Positions 32,306-50,871 of a stretch of 64,000 bases of DNA are shown piece after piece; the stretch's first letter is position 1, and each line of letters begins with the position of its first letter. This stretch comes from the human T2T-CHM13v2.0 reference genome, Homo sapiens: assembly GCF_009914755.1 (NCBI RefSeq), contig NC_060926.1; one strand, 5' to 3'. The notes beneath the pieces are model-generated. The model was not told the origin of the DNA and did no database searches. It worked only from the letters and a program-made list of their open reading frames with translations. Both the position numbers and the translations under genes were made by a program.

Positions 32306-33814
32306 TAATGTGATATTTTGTTATTTTTTTTTACAATTCATATTTTTAAATATTAGAGGAGATTTCCTTTATCATATTGATAGATGTTTAGTCAAAGTCA
32401 GAAGTTTAGGAATCTGAATTTTCTATTTTTTTTTCTTTTTGGTTTTTATTTTTTTGGGAATCTGAATTTTCAAGTCAGAGATATTTAAAGCCACTCAACA
32501 TGGAGATATACAGAGAAAGACATTTCATATACATGAAATAGGAAAATAATTCAAGAACAGCAAAGTGCCAGTTTGTTTACATAGTATTTTAGTATTTTGC
32601 TAAATATATTTGATATCTGTTATTTTTGATATTTTAATTTTAAAAAGTGCATATATAGTAAATAAATAATTCTTTTCAGAAAACCAAAGAAAGCAACAAA
32701 ATTTGATAGGTGGTATTCTAGTTTTAGAAAATCTTATGTGTAATGTATTTAAATATTGTTAATTCTAGTTACTATTTCTCCTTTTTAAATTACATGTTCA
32801 TGTTTTTACATTAATATTTCTTCCTTCATAACTCTTTGCCCTAAATTTAGTTTATCATTTTTTTTTTGTCTTTCTGAGATCCCATAAGCTCTTTTTTTTT
32901 TGGTTTGTTTTCTGTATATGTGACAGTAGCAAAAGGCAAATTAAAATATTTTTAAAAGTCTTTTCTAATTTTTATATTTTAACAATTTCATATTTCATCC
33001 TGTACATTAATAATCATAGTATATGTGCCATTTTCTAGTATTCATTAACATAGAACTTATAACCATACTTCTGTGTTTATATTCTTTACATTTTTTATTT
33101 TTAATGAATGCACAATATTATGTTGATTAATAGTTTAATAATGACCATCTGAGCCTCTTAATGTCTGTCATTCAGTATTATACTTTCTTTGAAAGTTAAT
33201 TGTTACTTGTCACTTTATATTATGTGCTTTCATATATGGGTTATGGTTATTTTCTGTTTATAGTTTTATAATTTTTTAGAAATCTTTTATTATCATTGTT
33301 ATCACTACTTTTGATTAATTTTCCAAACTCCCCATCCAATTTCTTTAATGCCAATACCATGTTAAAACCAGCTAATCAAGTAGGCTAACTTTTGAAACCC
33401 TTGGAGGGCAAGAATAACTGCAGTAATATTTGACTTCCTTTTTTTCCCACCTATTCTCATTCTTCATTGTTTGAAAAAAATTTGTTTTGGTCTCCTCTGT
33501 GTCCTACATTTGTTCCATCAGTGACATTATTAAGTTTTAGGTATGTTTCTTTCTGCGTTCTTAGCTTTGTTATTCGCTCTTGTTTTTATGTTAATTACTT
33601 ACCCCACCATTTTCATCATTTCCTTTTCTCTAAAATGGATGCTTCATTTCACTGGTTACGTTACAAACTCTTCCATGCACTCTCTCTTTGCTGTCAAATA
33701 GAAATACAAAGTTTTAATTGTAATTTTTAATTTGTAATTTTTAATTTGCTGGTTAGCAACATTTTTTTAAAAGGTAGAAAAGGTATAGGTGAAATTTATT
33801 TTAAAAATATATCT

Positions 33815-34196
33815 ATATTAGTTTTCTAGGGCTGTCATAACAAAGTACCACAGAATGGGTGGCTTAAACAACAGAAATTGATTCTCTCCTAATTTTGGAG
33901 CCTAGAAGTCTGAGATCCAGAGTCAGCAGGGCTAATTTCTTCTGAGGCCTCTCTTCTTGGCTTGTAGACAGTCACCAGTCACCTTCTTGTGTCTTCACAT
34001 GGTCTTCCTTTTGTGTGTGTGTCTGTGTCCTAATCTCTTTTTAAGCATCAGTCATTGGATTAGGGCCCACCTTAAAGACGTTTTAACTTAATAACTTCTT
34101 GAAAGACCATATTGCCAAATACAGTTCCATTCTAAGATACTGGGGATTAAGGCTTCAACTTATACATTTTGGGGGGACACAGTTCAGCCCTTAATG
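33815..34196 (-). mobile_element. MLT1-family (ERVL-MaLR) solo LTR inserted into a Charlie5/MER33-like element
   Basis: T.TATTAGTTTTCTAGGGCTG.CATAACAAAGTACCACAGA.TGGGTGGCTTAAACAACAGAAATT...TTTTGGGGGGACACAGTTCAGCCC; ATATC/ATATT 5-bp flanks. Confidence 0.85.
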
Positions 34197-34580
34197 ATAT
34201 TTAAAATATTGTCATTTTTACATGGAATCACTTAAAAATTATCAGTGGAATATTTTGCATTCTGTTTTTTACTGTCTTCAAAATCCAGAATGTATTATAT
34301 ACTTTTAACACATCTAAATTCAAATATTTAGGTTTTATTAGAAATTTTTTTTGTATTTAGAATCCATGTAATTCACAGTTGAAAAAGTAGATTCAAATAC
34401 TCAAGTTGTTCTAAACATACTAAAAGTTTTGTAGTAAGAGAATTAAGCATCAGCTTTTAACATTAAACTAATTTAAATTAAATAAAATTTAAAAATCAGT
34501 TCCTCAGTGACACTAAGCCCATTTCAAGTGCTCAGAAGCCACATGAGGCTTGCGAGCGGTTTCTATATTGGACAATGCAG
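34197..34580. mobile_element. Charlie5/MER3/MER33-family hAT DNA transposon fragment
   Basis: AAATTAAATAAAATTTAAAAATCAGTTCCTCAGT.ACACTA.GCC.ATTTCAAGTGCTCA..AGCCACATG.GGCT...TATTGGACAATGCAG. Confidence 0.8.
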
Positions 34581-34691
34581 TTCTAGTGTTTCCCTTTCTG
34601 CTCCCTAATCCTTTGGTGTTAGAGATTTAGTGCTTTCTGCAGAAAGAGTTGGGTTTTTTTCTCTCATTTTTTTCATTCAAATACACATTAA

Positions 34692-35003
<312 letters not shown>

Positions 35004-36876
35004 TCAAATACATACTAATTTCTTACTTTGTGCAAGATGTAATATATATAACTGTAGAGACTTGGTTTTCTGAGCATGGAAGACATTGCTTTTCCATTTC
35101 TGAAACTATCTTTCCTGACAGCATATTTTAATACTATGGCTGCTTCAATGCCAGCTAAGTCCTTTTTTTCCCCTATAGAGTGATATCAGCCAAATATCTC
35201 TATATTACAGTTTTATTAATATTTTATACATATGTCTCATTGCAAACTTAAGATACTCATCTAACATTCTAACTGGGAATGTTATACATACCTTATCACT
35301 AGTTAATTTGTTATCTGTAAAGTCCACACTTTGATCTAATCAAGCGTTGATTTATATTTGGCATGATGTAAAGAATCACCATATAGTTCTTCTAATAGTC
35401 CTTTTTTAAAAAGGCTTATAGCAACTGCTTATATCTAGGTAATTGAATTAATTCACGTATATTTTTGTGTTTCCTTCAAATTAAAACGACAGTTACGAAT
35501 CTTTGTCCAATATATAGCCACTTGCAAGCCTCATGTGGCTTCTGAGCACTTGAAATGGGCTTAGTGTCACTGAGGAACTGATTTTTAAATTTTATTTAAT
35601 TTTAATTAATTTAACGTTAAAAGCTGATGCTTAATTCTCTTACTGCAAAACTTTTAGTAAGTTTAGAACAACTTGAGTATTTGAATCTACATTTTCAACT
35701 GTGAATTATATGAATTGTAAATGCAAAGAAAATTTCTAATAAAACCTAAGTATTTGAATTTAGATGTGCTAAAAGTATATAATACATTCTGGATTTTGAA
35801 GACAGTAAGAAACAGAATGCAAAATATTCCACTGATAATTTTTAAGTGATTCCATGTAAAAATGACAATATTTTAAATATTGTTAAGGGCTGAACTGAGT
35901 TCCCCCAAAATGTGTATGTTGAAGCCTTAATTCCGGACATTCCTTGTGACTTGGAAGTTTACAATCATCATCCTTTTTTTAAAGGACTCTATCTTTCTTT
36001 TCCTTTAAATCCTTTTCTCTCTTCTTTTTGTCTGCTTCTGTGCTTGAAGCCCTTTGGATGTTACCAGTAGGCAAAGCAAAAATGGCCTCATCTTTATTTT
36101 CCATTCTTTTCTTAATTTTTATGTTTCTTCTTTCACATCCTATCCAGCTCCTCTGCTTTTTTCCCACTGTTTCTCTCTTTTGGGTGTTTCCATTTTGCTC
36201 TAGCTGGAACATTCTCCTGGCCAGATCTAGTGGGGAAAAAGTTCAGGTCTTTGTTTTTTTCACCTACCCTGATTGGTTAACTATAATGCTTCAAGTTCCT
36301 TTTCCTTCATCTTTTTCCAAATGACCATGCAATGCTGGACTCATTTTATCCAGTTTCTTTTGCCCCTTGGTCTCTCTGCCTGTCTGAATTGCTGCTGAAT
36401 ATCTACAGCTCCTTATTCTTTTATCCTCTGCAGCCCTATTTCCTGATATTGGTAGAGGCACAGTCCATAATGAGAAACTCTAGAAGGGAGTCTATTTTGC
36501 CCAACATCTCACAACTTAACTAGCAGCAGGGTAAAAATGAAGCCTCATTTCTTGGCTATTACTTTCTTTTCTACACCAGTCTTCATTCAAATATGATAAC
36601 AGCTTAATCTGAGATAAAACTGAAAGGTTCCAAGGAACTGTATCATATCCTATGAATCTTTTTCTTCTTTCTCTTTCTTGACTGGCTACACTGACCTGCT
36701 TAAAAATAAGTGGCCATGGTCTCTTTTGCATTCAGGTATACAACAAACAAGCTGATGAGTATCTGAAAATATATACATGTGTACATATAGGCTTAACCAC
36801 ATAGATATTGATAAACACTGCTTATGCCACCTGCATTGGTATTTTTCATGTAGAAAAATAAAATGTTTTTTTCTAG

Positions 36877-36944
36877 GCTCACATTCTACTTGACTGTGGT
36901 GAAGACAATGTCTGTAAACCCAAGCTGGAAGTTTCTGTAGATAG
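36877..36944 (+). CDS. ITGAV: ITGAV exon 19 (68 nt): AHILLDCGEDNVCKPKLEVSVD(S) (genu)
   Basis: ttttctAG|GCTCAC...GATAG|GTAAGT. Confidence 0.97.
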
Positions 36945-37501
36945 GTAAGTTTTGCTTGAAATAATAATGTAGTAAGAAATTTAAATGGAAGGGCACATTT
37001 TTCTATTCAAAGGACTAACATATTTTAACGAGAATTAGTTATCCTGGAGGGTAATGCCTGATTTTCTATAACACTAGAACTATCAATATTGAGCTTCTAA
37101 AGAAAATATCCACTGTGTTTTCACTAGTTGCCTAGGTTGAAAGAGTTATTACCATTCAACTTTGGGTAATATCACAAAATAATATTGTATCATTTTAAAG
37201 ATACACTTCATCATAAACATTCTTTGAACTCAAGGAATATCCTTACCATTTTGTAAGGCATATGAATTATAAAGAATATTGTGAGAATTATGACACGTGA
37301 TTAATTTAGCTTTTAGAAAAATATTGGGGAATTACAAAGTACATGTAATTCACTTCAGTAATAGATATGAATGATAGTGATATATTAGTGGCATCAATGT
37401 TTATTTTTATTGAGAGAAGCATTCGATTTGCACCCAGTGTGCTATTTTCTGTTTTCTATCAAGCTGTGAAGTAGTCTTAAAATACCTTGAGACACTGTTG
37501 A

Positions 37502-37768
<267 letters not shown>

Positions 37769-38182
37769 TAAAAATTGAAATGCACTCACGGATCTTATTA
37801 ACATTAATGAGCTGTTCCCCTATTTAGTGAAGCACAAGCTTAGCTATTCTACCTAAGGCTAAATTGATAGACAATGGAGTGCCTATCTTACATAATTCCT
37901 TTTAAGCCTAATACTTTGCATAATGCATTGATATGACATTTTTAGAATTGCAAGCTAAGTGCCTGGAAACAAGGTTAGATAGATAAAGTGTCTAAGCCTG
38001 TCCATCAAATTATTTGTCAGAGGCTGTATGGTTATGTATGGTAGTCCTCTAGGGATCTTTCAGAAACACTTCTGCATTTCCATGTGGCAATTGTACCCAA
38101 TTCTGGCTTTTTCCTTACCTCCTGGTTTGCTCAACTAGATTTATTTGCTTAGGACAAGAAACTGAAATATCCAACTGCGTGA

Positions 38183-38341
<159 letters not shown>

Positions 38342-39811
38342 TAAACGGATTTTTCTCCCTGGCAAATAGAAAAGCATATTGTTGTCTGGGCTCATAGTAA
38401 TTTTTAAAAATAAACACTTCAAAACAATGTCCTTAAATTGGTTTCGATATAATAGTTAAATGATTAGCAGAGTTTTGCTTAGTTTTAACTAAGATACGAA
38501 AACAATTGGTTGTGCTCCTACACGGTTTGCAATCAGCTGCTCTTTATGCCTCCTTCACTTTAGTGAATGGATGAGAACGTGGTTTAAACTAAGGACTGAA
38601 ATAATAATTTTTGCTATTTTACACTGATGCCTTAATGGATCCTGAAAAGCTACTCTGGCAACTACCAAGACTGTCAATCCTAGGTGAGCTAGATTCCATC
38701 ACAGGCCCCACACAGAGGATCAAAGTGAAGGTCAGTTAAATCAGGCTCCCCTTCAGATGGTGGAGCAGGGTGCCCAGGAGCTTGAAAAGAAGCAGCCAAT
38801 GGCTTGCTTTCCGAATCCTCTAAAAAGTAAACAAAATATACCTTGTAGAATTTCTAGTAGCAAGGACAAAATGGCAGCATATGCTGTGTGACTTTTTCAA
38901 TAGAATTTATTTAATGACTTATTGATACTGGTACTTTGAAGATCTGTGGTAATACAGGTCTAAATATTCCATATTTCTTTAGTATGTTTTCTATTACAAG
39001 TCATTAGTATTTCTAGATGTATGGTATCTTAGGGATGAGAACTTGAACAAATTACCCTAAGTTCAGTTTTTCACGTGTATTCAATGTTTTATTAACAATG
39101 AGCATGCCTTTTATTTTCTCATATTCTCATTCTCTCTAACTTTCTGGTTATTATATAGTTTCTGCTTATTACAAGTAGCCAGCTCCAGGTTTTGTGGAGT
39201 GGGAGGCAGAACCCAGGAAGTACTGTTTTTATATGTCATTTGTGTGATCCCCAAGAAGCCTTCTTTTTTGTACCTGGTGGTTCAATTGTTTTATTTAAAA
39301 TCTACCAATTTTCTGCCTGCAGGAATTAGGATATTTGGTGTTGGGAGTGTTATGAGAGGTGTGTGGAGAAATTCTGGTTGTGGCCCTACTCATGCCTTCT
39401 TTAGCCATGTTCCCTTACTCTAGTAAACCATCCATTTCTTCTTTCCTGGCCTATGAACACAGCACATACTTTGGTGGTTAGCTTCGTGTTATCAAATTAT
39501 TGTACCCAGTTGCTAGACTTTCACTGGATCAACAAACATTTACTTTTGCACTTTTTAGAAAGATGGTTAGTATTATAAGGAGGTATAATTATGATTAATA
39601 ATTGTTGTTAAATAGGCTCTCTTATGGATTGGTCCAGGTATATTAAGTAAAATAGGTTTGATAGAAAATAAGATTTAGTTATCTTTGTTCAGTTTTATTG
39701 TAAGCTCAGAAAAACCCCATTTTAGAACATTATTTTTTATTTAGACATTGGATTTGAAATTTTGCTAATTAGACATTGACTAGCATTACTATCTTTTCCT
39801 CTCTCCTTTAG

Positions 39812-39891
39812 CTCTTAGCTGGTCTTCGTTTCAGTGTGCACCAGCAGTCAGAGATGGATACTTCTGTGAAATTTGACTTACAAATCCAAAG
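39812..39891 (+). CDS. ITGAV: ITGAV exon 22 (80 nt): [26 protein letters not shown](S)
   Basis: cctttAG|CTCTTA...CCAAAG|GTATGA. Confidence 0.97.
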
Positions 39892-40225
39892 GTATGAAAA
39901 CAACTTATATTCACTTATAACTATCAAATAAATATTATTTGTTGTAAATATACTATGTAATATACTTTAAATATAAAGTAGCAGATTAAATTTTATTGCT
40001 TGACTATAGCATTTTAAAATCAATATTTACATTATAAGAATAATTTTATTGTCAGATTTGAGTTTGTAAAACAAAATTTAAAATCCAGAAAGAAAATGTT
40101 CATCTTCTTGGAATTAAGTGTTAATGAAAATAACTATTTTGAGGTATAAGCTTTACACTTGTTTCGTTTGTTAATTTTTAGTTTCACTGGGTTTGCCTCT
40201 GTATGTTCTTGGTTGTTATGCATAA

Positions 40226-40345
<120 letters not shown>

Positions 40346-40725
40346 TGAATACTTAGTTGAGTATCTCATTCTCATGATTGCTTTTTAAAGTTAACTGTCA
40401 GGCCTTAGCCTTTTCTGGACAATAGACCCTGCATGTTTAGTGGTGGTTTTACTAGGGCATTAGCTTCTGTAGAAATAAAATCCTAGGTATGTTCCAAACC
40501 CCCAATACTGGGTGATCCTCAAAAGGAACAAGACATGGCAACAACATGCACAAAATAATTTTGTTGAACTTTTACACAAATTGTCAATTCACCTGTTACG
40601 TGTACATTTCATAAGAGCAGTTTTTGTGCATGTGTGTGTTCATTAGTTTTCTTTTAAAGTATTTTTTAAAATTAAATCTAATTTTATTTATTTGAGTAAT
40701 GAATATGGGGTACTTTTGAAAATGA

Positions 40726-40896
<171 letters not shown>

Positions 40897-41263
40897 TAGA
40901 TTTTACTCAAACCTCGTGAGCAAGCCAACGAAGAGAGGAACAACTAAGCTACTTTAAAAAAAAAATTCTATGTAATTTTTATGTAAACTCTACATTGGTT
41001 AAGTATGTGTCAGAGATTTCTTTGAATATTTTCCCTATACATAAATTCATTTTTATTTGACAAATAGACTTGTTTAAATAAAGCAGTTTATATAATTTGT
41101 TGTTTAAAATAAATTAGTTCTACTTGAATAAAGAAATGTCATTGGTACTTTCTCATGGGCATTTTGTAGTTCTGGCTAAAAATTGAAAATACCTATGGCA
41201 AATAATCAAAACTATTTCTATAGGAAGAAATTTTCTTTGTCATCCTTCATTAATAACTTTTAA

Positions 41264-41748
<485 letters not shown>

Positions 41749-41883
41749 TAATTAGAGGTTAACTGTGGAAATTGCTGTTATTTAAAACCTATTGCTAACA
41801 TGATTTCTAAAGTTGATGTAGGGGAAGGATTATGGAACAGATTTTTGCCCAAGGTGTAGATACATTTTCTTTTTTCTCCTTAG

Positions 41884-42096
<213 letters not shown>

Positions 42097-42822
42097 TAAA
42101 CCTGTAAAAGAAATTCATAAAATAAAACAACTATTCTAATATAAAACCCACTCTGCAAAAAATGGTTTAGTTCATAAGCAGTACACTTAGGATAAGTTCA
42201 TTTGTATAATGGGTAAGAATTGATTCTGTGATGTCTAGTGAACCACATCTTCATAGAGTGCTTACTGAGCCTCATGAGATGTGTCCTTCAGTGACTCAGT
42301 TTGACCTTGGCTCCATCACGTTGTTGTTTCTTCAGGGCATAATATCACATCAAGGGTGTTTTGTTGTTAAAATTTCTACCTTTGGGATAAGCTATACCAT
42401 TTTACTCATGATTATCTTGACTTTTGGATATAGTCATCTCCATCATAGATTTGCACTAGAAACTATTACACAATATGATCTAAGGAAAGGTGAAGAAACA
42501 AAATAAAAGATATACCCATGATTGACATCACAAATGTACTGTGGAATTTCAGGCCATTTCTGTATGTTTCATCAGTTGCCACTCTAGCTAAGCAAGGGCT
42601 GAAAATAATGGTTAGGGAGAGCTAACTTTTTTGGTACATATTAAAGACTCTAATCTTTATTTTCTGTCCTTACTGCTCACTATATACTGAGTGGTAAATA
42701 TTCTGTCATACTAAATTTTCATTCACTATTTTTTAATCATATCTAAGAGTTTATATCAAAATGCTGATGTAAAATGTTTTTCATTATCATTTACCACCAT
42801 TTTATTAATGTGATTGCATTAG

Positions 42823-42972
<150 letters not shown>

Positions 42973-43409
42973 TAAAAATATGTGACTATAGAACTGACGC
43001 CAAAGAACATTTCAAAAATAACAACAGCTGTGCTTGAACAACTACATTTATTTTTATACCATGCATTCCTCTCACTTTCCTTTTTCCTAGTCAGATTAAT
43101 GCCATATTTTCTTCAAATGAGCTATTTTTGTAGATGGCTAATAAAACTAGTTTATGTCCCAACTTTGATTCTCCTACTCTAGTTCTTTAACTGTCCTCTT
43201 TCTGGGCCTCCTCCTAATCTCTGAGGCTTTAGTACGATACTAAAAAATCCAGAAGGTCCCAACAAAAATACATTGGAATAATAATTAGCACTTGATTAAC
43301 CTTTGTTGAGTTAGCCTATATAATGGCTATAATGTTTTTAAAGGCAATTGTTTTTCTTTTTTCTTTTAATTAACAAATCTCCAGATCTCTAGTAGAGAAC
43401 CTGGTATAG

Positions 43410-43722
43410 TGTTTTTTGTTTGTTTGTTTGTTTGTTTTTTGACACAGAGCCTCACTTTGTCACCCAGGCTGGAGTGCAATGACACAAACACAGCTCACTG
43501 AGGCCTTGACCTCCCAGGCTCAAGCAATCCTCCCCTATCAGTCCCCCAAGTAGCTAGGACTATAGGCGCTCTCCCCCATGCCCAGCTAAGTTTTGTATTT
43601 TTTGTTGAGATGAGGTTTCACCATGTTGCCCAGGCTGGTCTCAAATTCCTGAGCTCAAGCGATCTGCCCACCTCAGCCTCCTAAAGTGCTGGGATGACAG
43701 GCATGAACCACCATGCCCAGCA
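43410..43722 (-). mobile_element. Alu (AluJ-like) with (TTTG)n tail
   Basis: Antisense Alu consensus. Confidence 0.9.
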
Positions 43723-43799
43723 CTGTTTATGTTCAATAGTGATCACTAGTTACTTTTACATCACCAAATTCTGTGGTTCTTGTTAGTCCTCAACCATTC

Positions 43800-44710
43800 A
43801 ATTGCCTAGTGGCTTTGGTTCACTTAATCACTTCCTTCTGTTGACTCTCATGGCTGTAAATACCATGTGGTGTAGATGCTTTGATTTATATTTCCAGTCT
43901 GATCTTCTGCATTGAACTTCAGATTCCAATATCCAACTGCCTACTAGAAACTGCTTTTAAATATCTAATAGGAATCTCAAACAATTCTAAATATATACCC
44001 TTGGGTTTTCCCAAGTCTGCTCTTTCCATAAAGTTCTTAGTTGATTTTAGTAAATACCAACTTCATTCTCTAACACCTGGACCTCATGCTTGACTCCTCT
44101 CTTTCTCTCAAATCTCACGTCTTGTATTTCAGCAAATTGCATCAGTATTTTCTTTCAAAATACCTAGAATCTGGCCCCTTCTCACCAGTTTCATCACTAA
44201 CACAACCTAACCCAGGCTCCTTTCCCTTCTCGATTGGACTATTGCCAGACCCCTGGTTGGCCTCTGTATTTCTGCCTTTCTCCCCACTATACTTTGTATG
44301 CTATAGAAGCCCCAGTGATCCTTTTAAATATAGGTCAGGTTGTGTCACTCCAGTGCCTTCCCATCTAACTCAATGAGAAAGCAAGAGGCTACAATGACCT
44401 TTAAGCCCAACATCAACAGGCCCTTCCTGCCTCTCTGCTTGCATCTCCTCTCCTTACTATTCTCTTTCTCAAATTTTCCACCTTGCTTTCATTGAACAGA
44501 TAGCCCCAAGCATGTTTATTCCTCCATGCTTTGAAAATTGCTCTTCCATCTGCCTGGAATTCTTTGTCCAGATATCCTTGTGGCTTATTTTCCCATATCC
44601 TTCTCATGTCCTTAAAAGTAAAATTATGTCAGAGATCTTCCCTGACCAACCCATGTGAAATAGAAACTGCCTTCTACCTCCCAACCCCACTTTTGATCTT
44701 GCACTTTCTG
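43800..44710 (+). mobile_element. L2 LINE
   Basis: ATTTATATTTCCAG...ATATCCAACTGCCTACT; CTTGACTCCTCTCTTTCTCTCA; CAGTGATCCTTTTAAA; CTCTTCCATCTGCCTGGAAT. Confidence 0.7.
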
Positions 44711-44734
44711 TCCTCCTTCAGAATCTGTTTTCTT

Positions 44735-48100
<3,366 letters not shown>

Positions 48101-48726
48101 TTTTCTACTCCTAATCGTCAACAAATGGTACCACTACTGGATAACATTGTCATGAGGTGTATATATGTGATATGTCTAATACAGTGTGATCAGCATATAG
48201 AAGGTGGTGAATATTTATTTCTTTTGGCTGCCAACCTCGAAGTTACTGATTAAAACATTAAATGTGTCAGAGGCCATCAGCATGCGATTTGATTTCTGTA
48301 GGCCCTCCATGGAAAAACCATTAAAAATTCTGTTTTCTTTTCCATGGGGATGTTGAGATCTGGTTATTATATCTTACAAATATCACCATGTTATGGGTTT
48401 GCCTAAAGAATATTGAGTTCTAGTCATAGAGTGAATCTTTTAATATTATGGATCTTATCTTTCTATAACAAATCACGATAAAACCAACCCTTTCATTTAC
48501 AAGGAACTACATGTGTGGCAAAAGAAGAAAAAGAAAAGAAACATACCAACCCCTTCACAATAAAAAGCATTCATAGACTCAACTATTAGCCTGTTTATTT
48601 TCAAGACAGAAGAATCTGGATAATCTCTTTGGCCATCACACAAAAAGAAAAAAAATGGCAAATTTTCAAATGTTGAAGAGATGATAGAATGACCTTTTCT
48701 TATAAGTAAAGGATTTGTTTTGGCAG

Positions 48727-48840
48727 GGTTGTGGAGTTGCTCAGTGCTTGAAGATTGTCTGCCAAGTTGGGAGATTAGACAGAGGAAAGAGTGCAATCTT
48801 GTACGTAAAGTCATTACTGTGGACTGAGACTTTTATGAAT
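48727..48840 (+). CDS. ITGAV: ITGAV exon 27 (114 nt): [38 protein letters not shown]
   Basis: tttggcAG|GGTTGT...ATGAAT|GTAAGT. Confidence 0.97.
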
Positions 48841-48906
48841 GTAAGTAGACAGGTGCAGCATTTAGCAAACATACCCAGTGTTTTCAAATAAATATAAAAG
48901 GCCTGA

Positions 48907-49077
<171 letters not shown>

Positions 49078-49441
49078 TAAATTTACTCAATTCAAATGCT
49101 GTACATGTTTTTATTTTGTTTTTTAAAGAACGACAGCTTAACTTTTTTGATAATTTAAACTAATGAAGTTATATGATAGCATTATAACCTAGTTTAATAT
49201 TATCATTTTACTCCTTACCCCGAAGTGATTAAAGCTAGACCTTTTAGTTTAGCATCTTGTCCAGTGTAAGAGATTTCTTAGTATATACTAAATTATATTG
49301 GAGAAATTTTAGGAATTTTCGTTTACAAAGTTAGAAAGTTGGAAATTAACTGCAACAAGTGAGGCATTTTGAAGATATTTAAGGAGTAAAAATGGGATCA
49401 GCACATAGTAAACTGGATTGGATTATTTAAAAATCATTTCA

Positions 49442-49720
49442 AGCTGGGTGTGGTTGCCTCACACCTGTAATCCCAGCATTTTGGGAGGCTGAGACAGGTG
49501 GATCATTTGAGGCCAGGATTTCAAGACCAGCCTGGCCAACATGGTGAAACCCCTTCTCTACGAAAAATACAGAAAAATTAGCTGGGTATAGTGGCGCAGG
49601 CCTGTAATTCCAACTACTGGGGAGGCTGAAGCATGGAGGTTGCAGTGAGCCGAGTTCATGCCCCTGCATTCCAGCTTGGCCTACATACTGGGCGAGACTC
49701 TGTCAAAAAAAAGGAAAACA
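49442..49720 (+). mobile_element. Alu (sense, internal deletion)
   Basis: Sense Alu; AAATCAT(T/G)TCA flanking repeat. Confidence 0.88.
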
Positions 49721-49935
49721 AATCATGTCAGATGCAATCAGAAGTCAGCCTATCATTGGGAGTTTCATGTGTGTATGTGCATGCTCTTGATATCAAATGT
49801 GAAACCACTAAATTATCATATGCAGGAAAAGAATATACTGTGAATTCCATTAAAATAAAATATAATATTTACTCAGATATTTGTTGATTAAGTCAATGGA
49901 CTGTTTTTAAAACTAAAAGCTTTTTTCCTCGATAG

Positions 49936-50058
49936 GTTACCACTAATGTCACCTGGGGCATTCAGCCAGCGCCCATGCCTGTGCCTGTGTGGGTGATCAT
50001 TTTAGCAGTTCTAGCAGGATTGTTGCTACTGGCTGTTTTGGTATTTGTAATGTACAGG
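49936..50058 (+). CDS. ITGAV: ITGAV exon 29 (123 nt): [41 protein letters not shown] (transmembrane helix)
   Basis: cgatAG|GTTACC...TACAGG|GTAAGT; hydrophobic stretch in ORF 49975-50208. Confidence 0.98.
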
Positions 50059-50319
50059 GTAAGTAACGGACTTAGAAAGAAGGAGAGAGGGAAAGCAGAA
50101 GAAAAGGGAAAGGGAAGAAGGAAAAGAAGAATGAAAAGTAAGGGAAGGAAGAAAGGGACTGTAATGATGATACTTGATGAGCATTACTTATTATATGAGG
50201 GAAGATAAATTTTATGAAATACAATTTAAATGTTCTTAGTGGTAATATAGTCACCCAAAAAATACTTTTCGTATTCTACACTGATGTGACAGTAATAATG
50301 GTTTTTCTTCAACTGACAG

Positions 50320-50415
50320 ATGGGCTTTTTTAAACGGGTCCGGCCACCTCAAGAAGAACAAGAAAGGGAGCAGCTTCAACCTCATGAAAATGGTGAAGGA
50401 AACTCAGAAACTTAA
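50320..50415 (+). CDS. ITGAV: ITGAV exon 30 coding part: [31 protein letters not shown]
   Basis: ctgacAG|ATGGGCTTTTTTAAACGG (GFFKR motif); stop TAA 50413-50415. Confidence 0.98.
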
Positions 50416-50762
50416 CTGCAGTTTTTAAGTTATGCTACATCTTGACCCACTAGAATTAGCAACTTTATTATAGATTTAAACTTTCTTCATGAGGAGTAAA
50501 AATCCAAGGCTTTACTGCTGATAGTGCTAATTGGCATTAACCACAAAATGAGAATTATATTTGTCAACCTTCTCCTTATAAATAAGTTCAGACATACATT
50601 TAATAACATAGGGTGACTTGTGTTTTTAGGTATTTAAATAATAAAATTTCAAGGGATAGTTTTTATTCAATGTATATAAGACAGGTAGTGCCTGATTTAC
50701 TACTTTATATAAAATAGTACCTCCTTCAGTTACTGTTTCTGATTTAATGTACGGAACTTTAT

Positions 50763-50794
<32 letters not shown>
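50763..50794 (+). repeat. (TTG)10 trinucleotide repeat in 3'UTR
   Basis: Direct reading. Confidence 0.95.
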
Positions 50795-50795
<1 letters not shown>

Positions 50796-50863
50796 TAAAG
50801 CAGTCCAAATTTGGACCTTAGCAATCATGTCTTTTGTATAGGTACTTAATGTTAATACATATT

Positions 50864-50871
50864 ACACTACA
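50864..50871 (+). promoter_or_regulatory. miR-142-3p 8mer seed site (ACACTACA) in 3'UTR
   Basis: Exact seed match seen; ITGAV recalled as a miR-142-3p target. Confidence 0.6.

Noticed and set aside
50626-50808. Minus-strand ORF with poly-Thr
   Set aside because: Artefact of the (TTG)n repeat in the 3'UTR.
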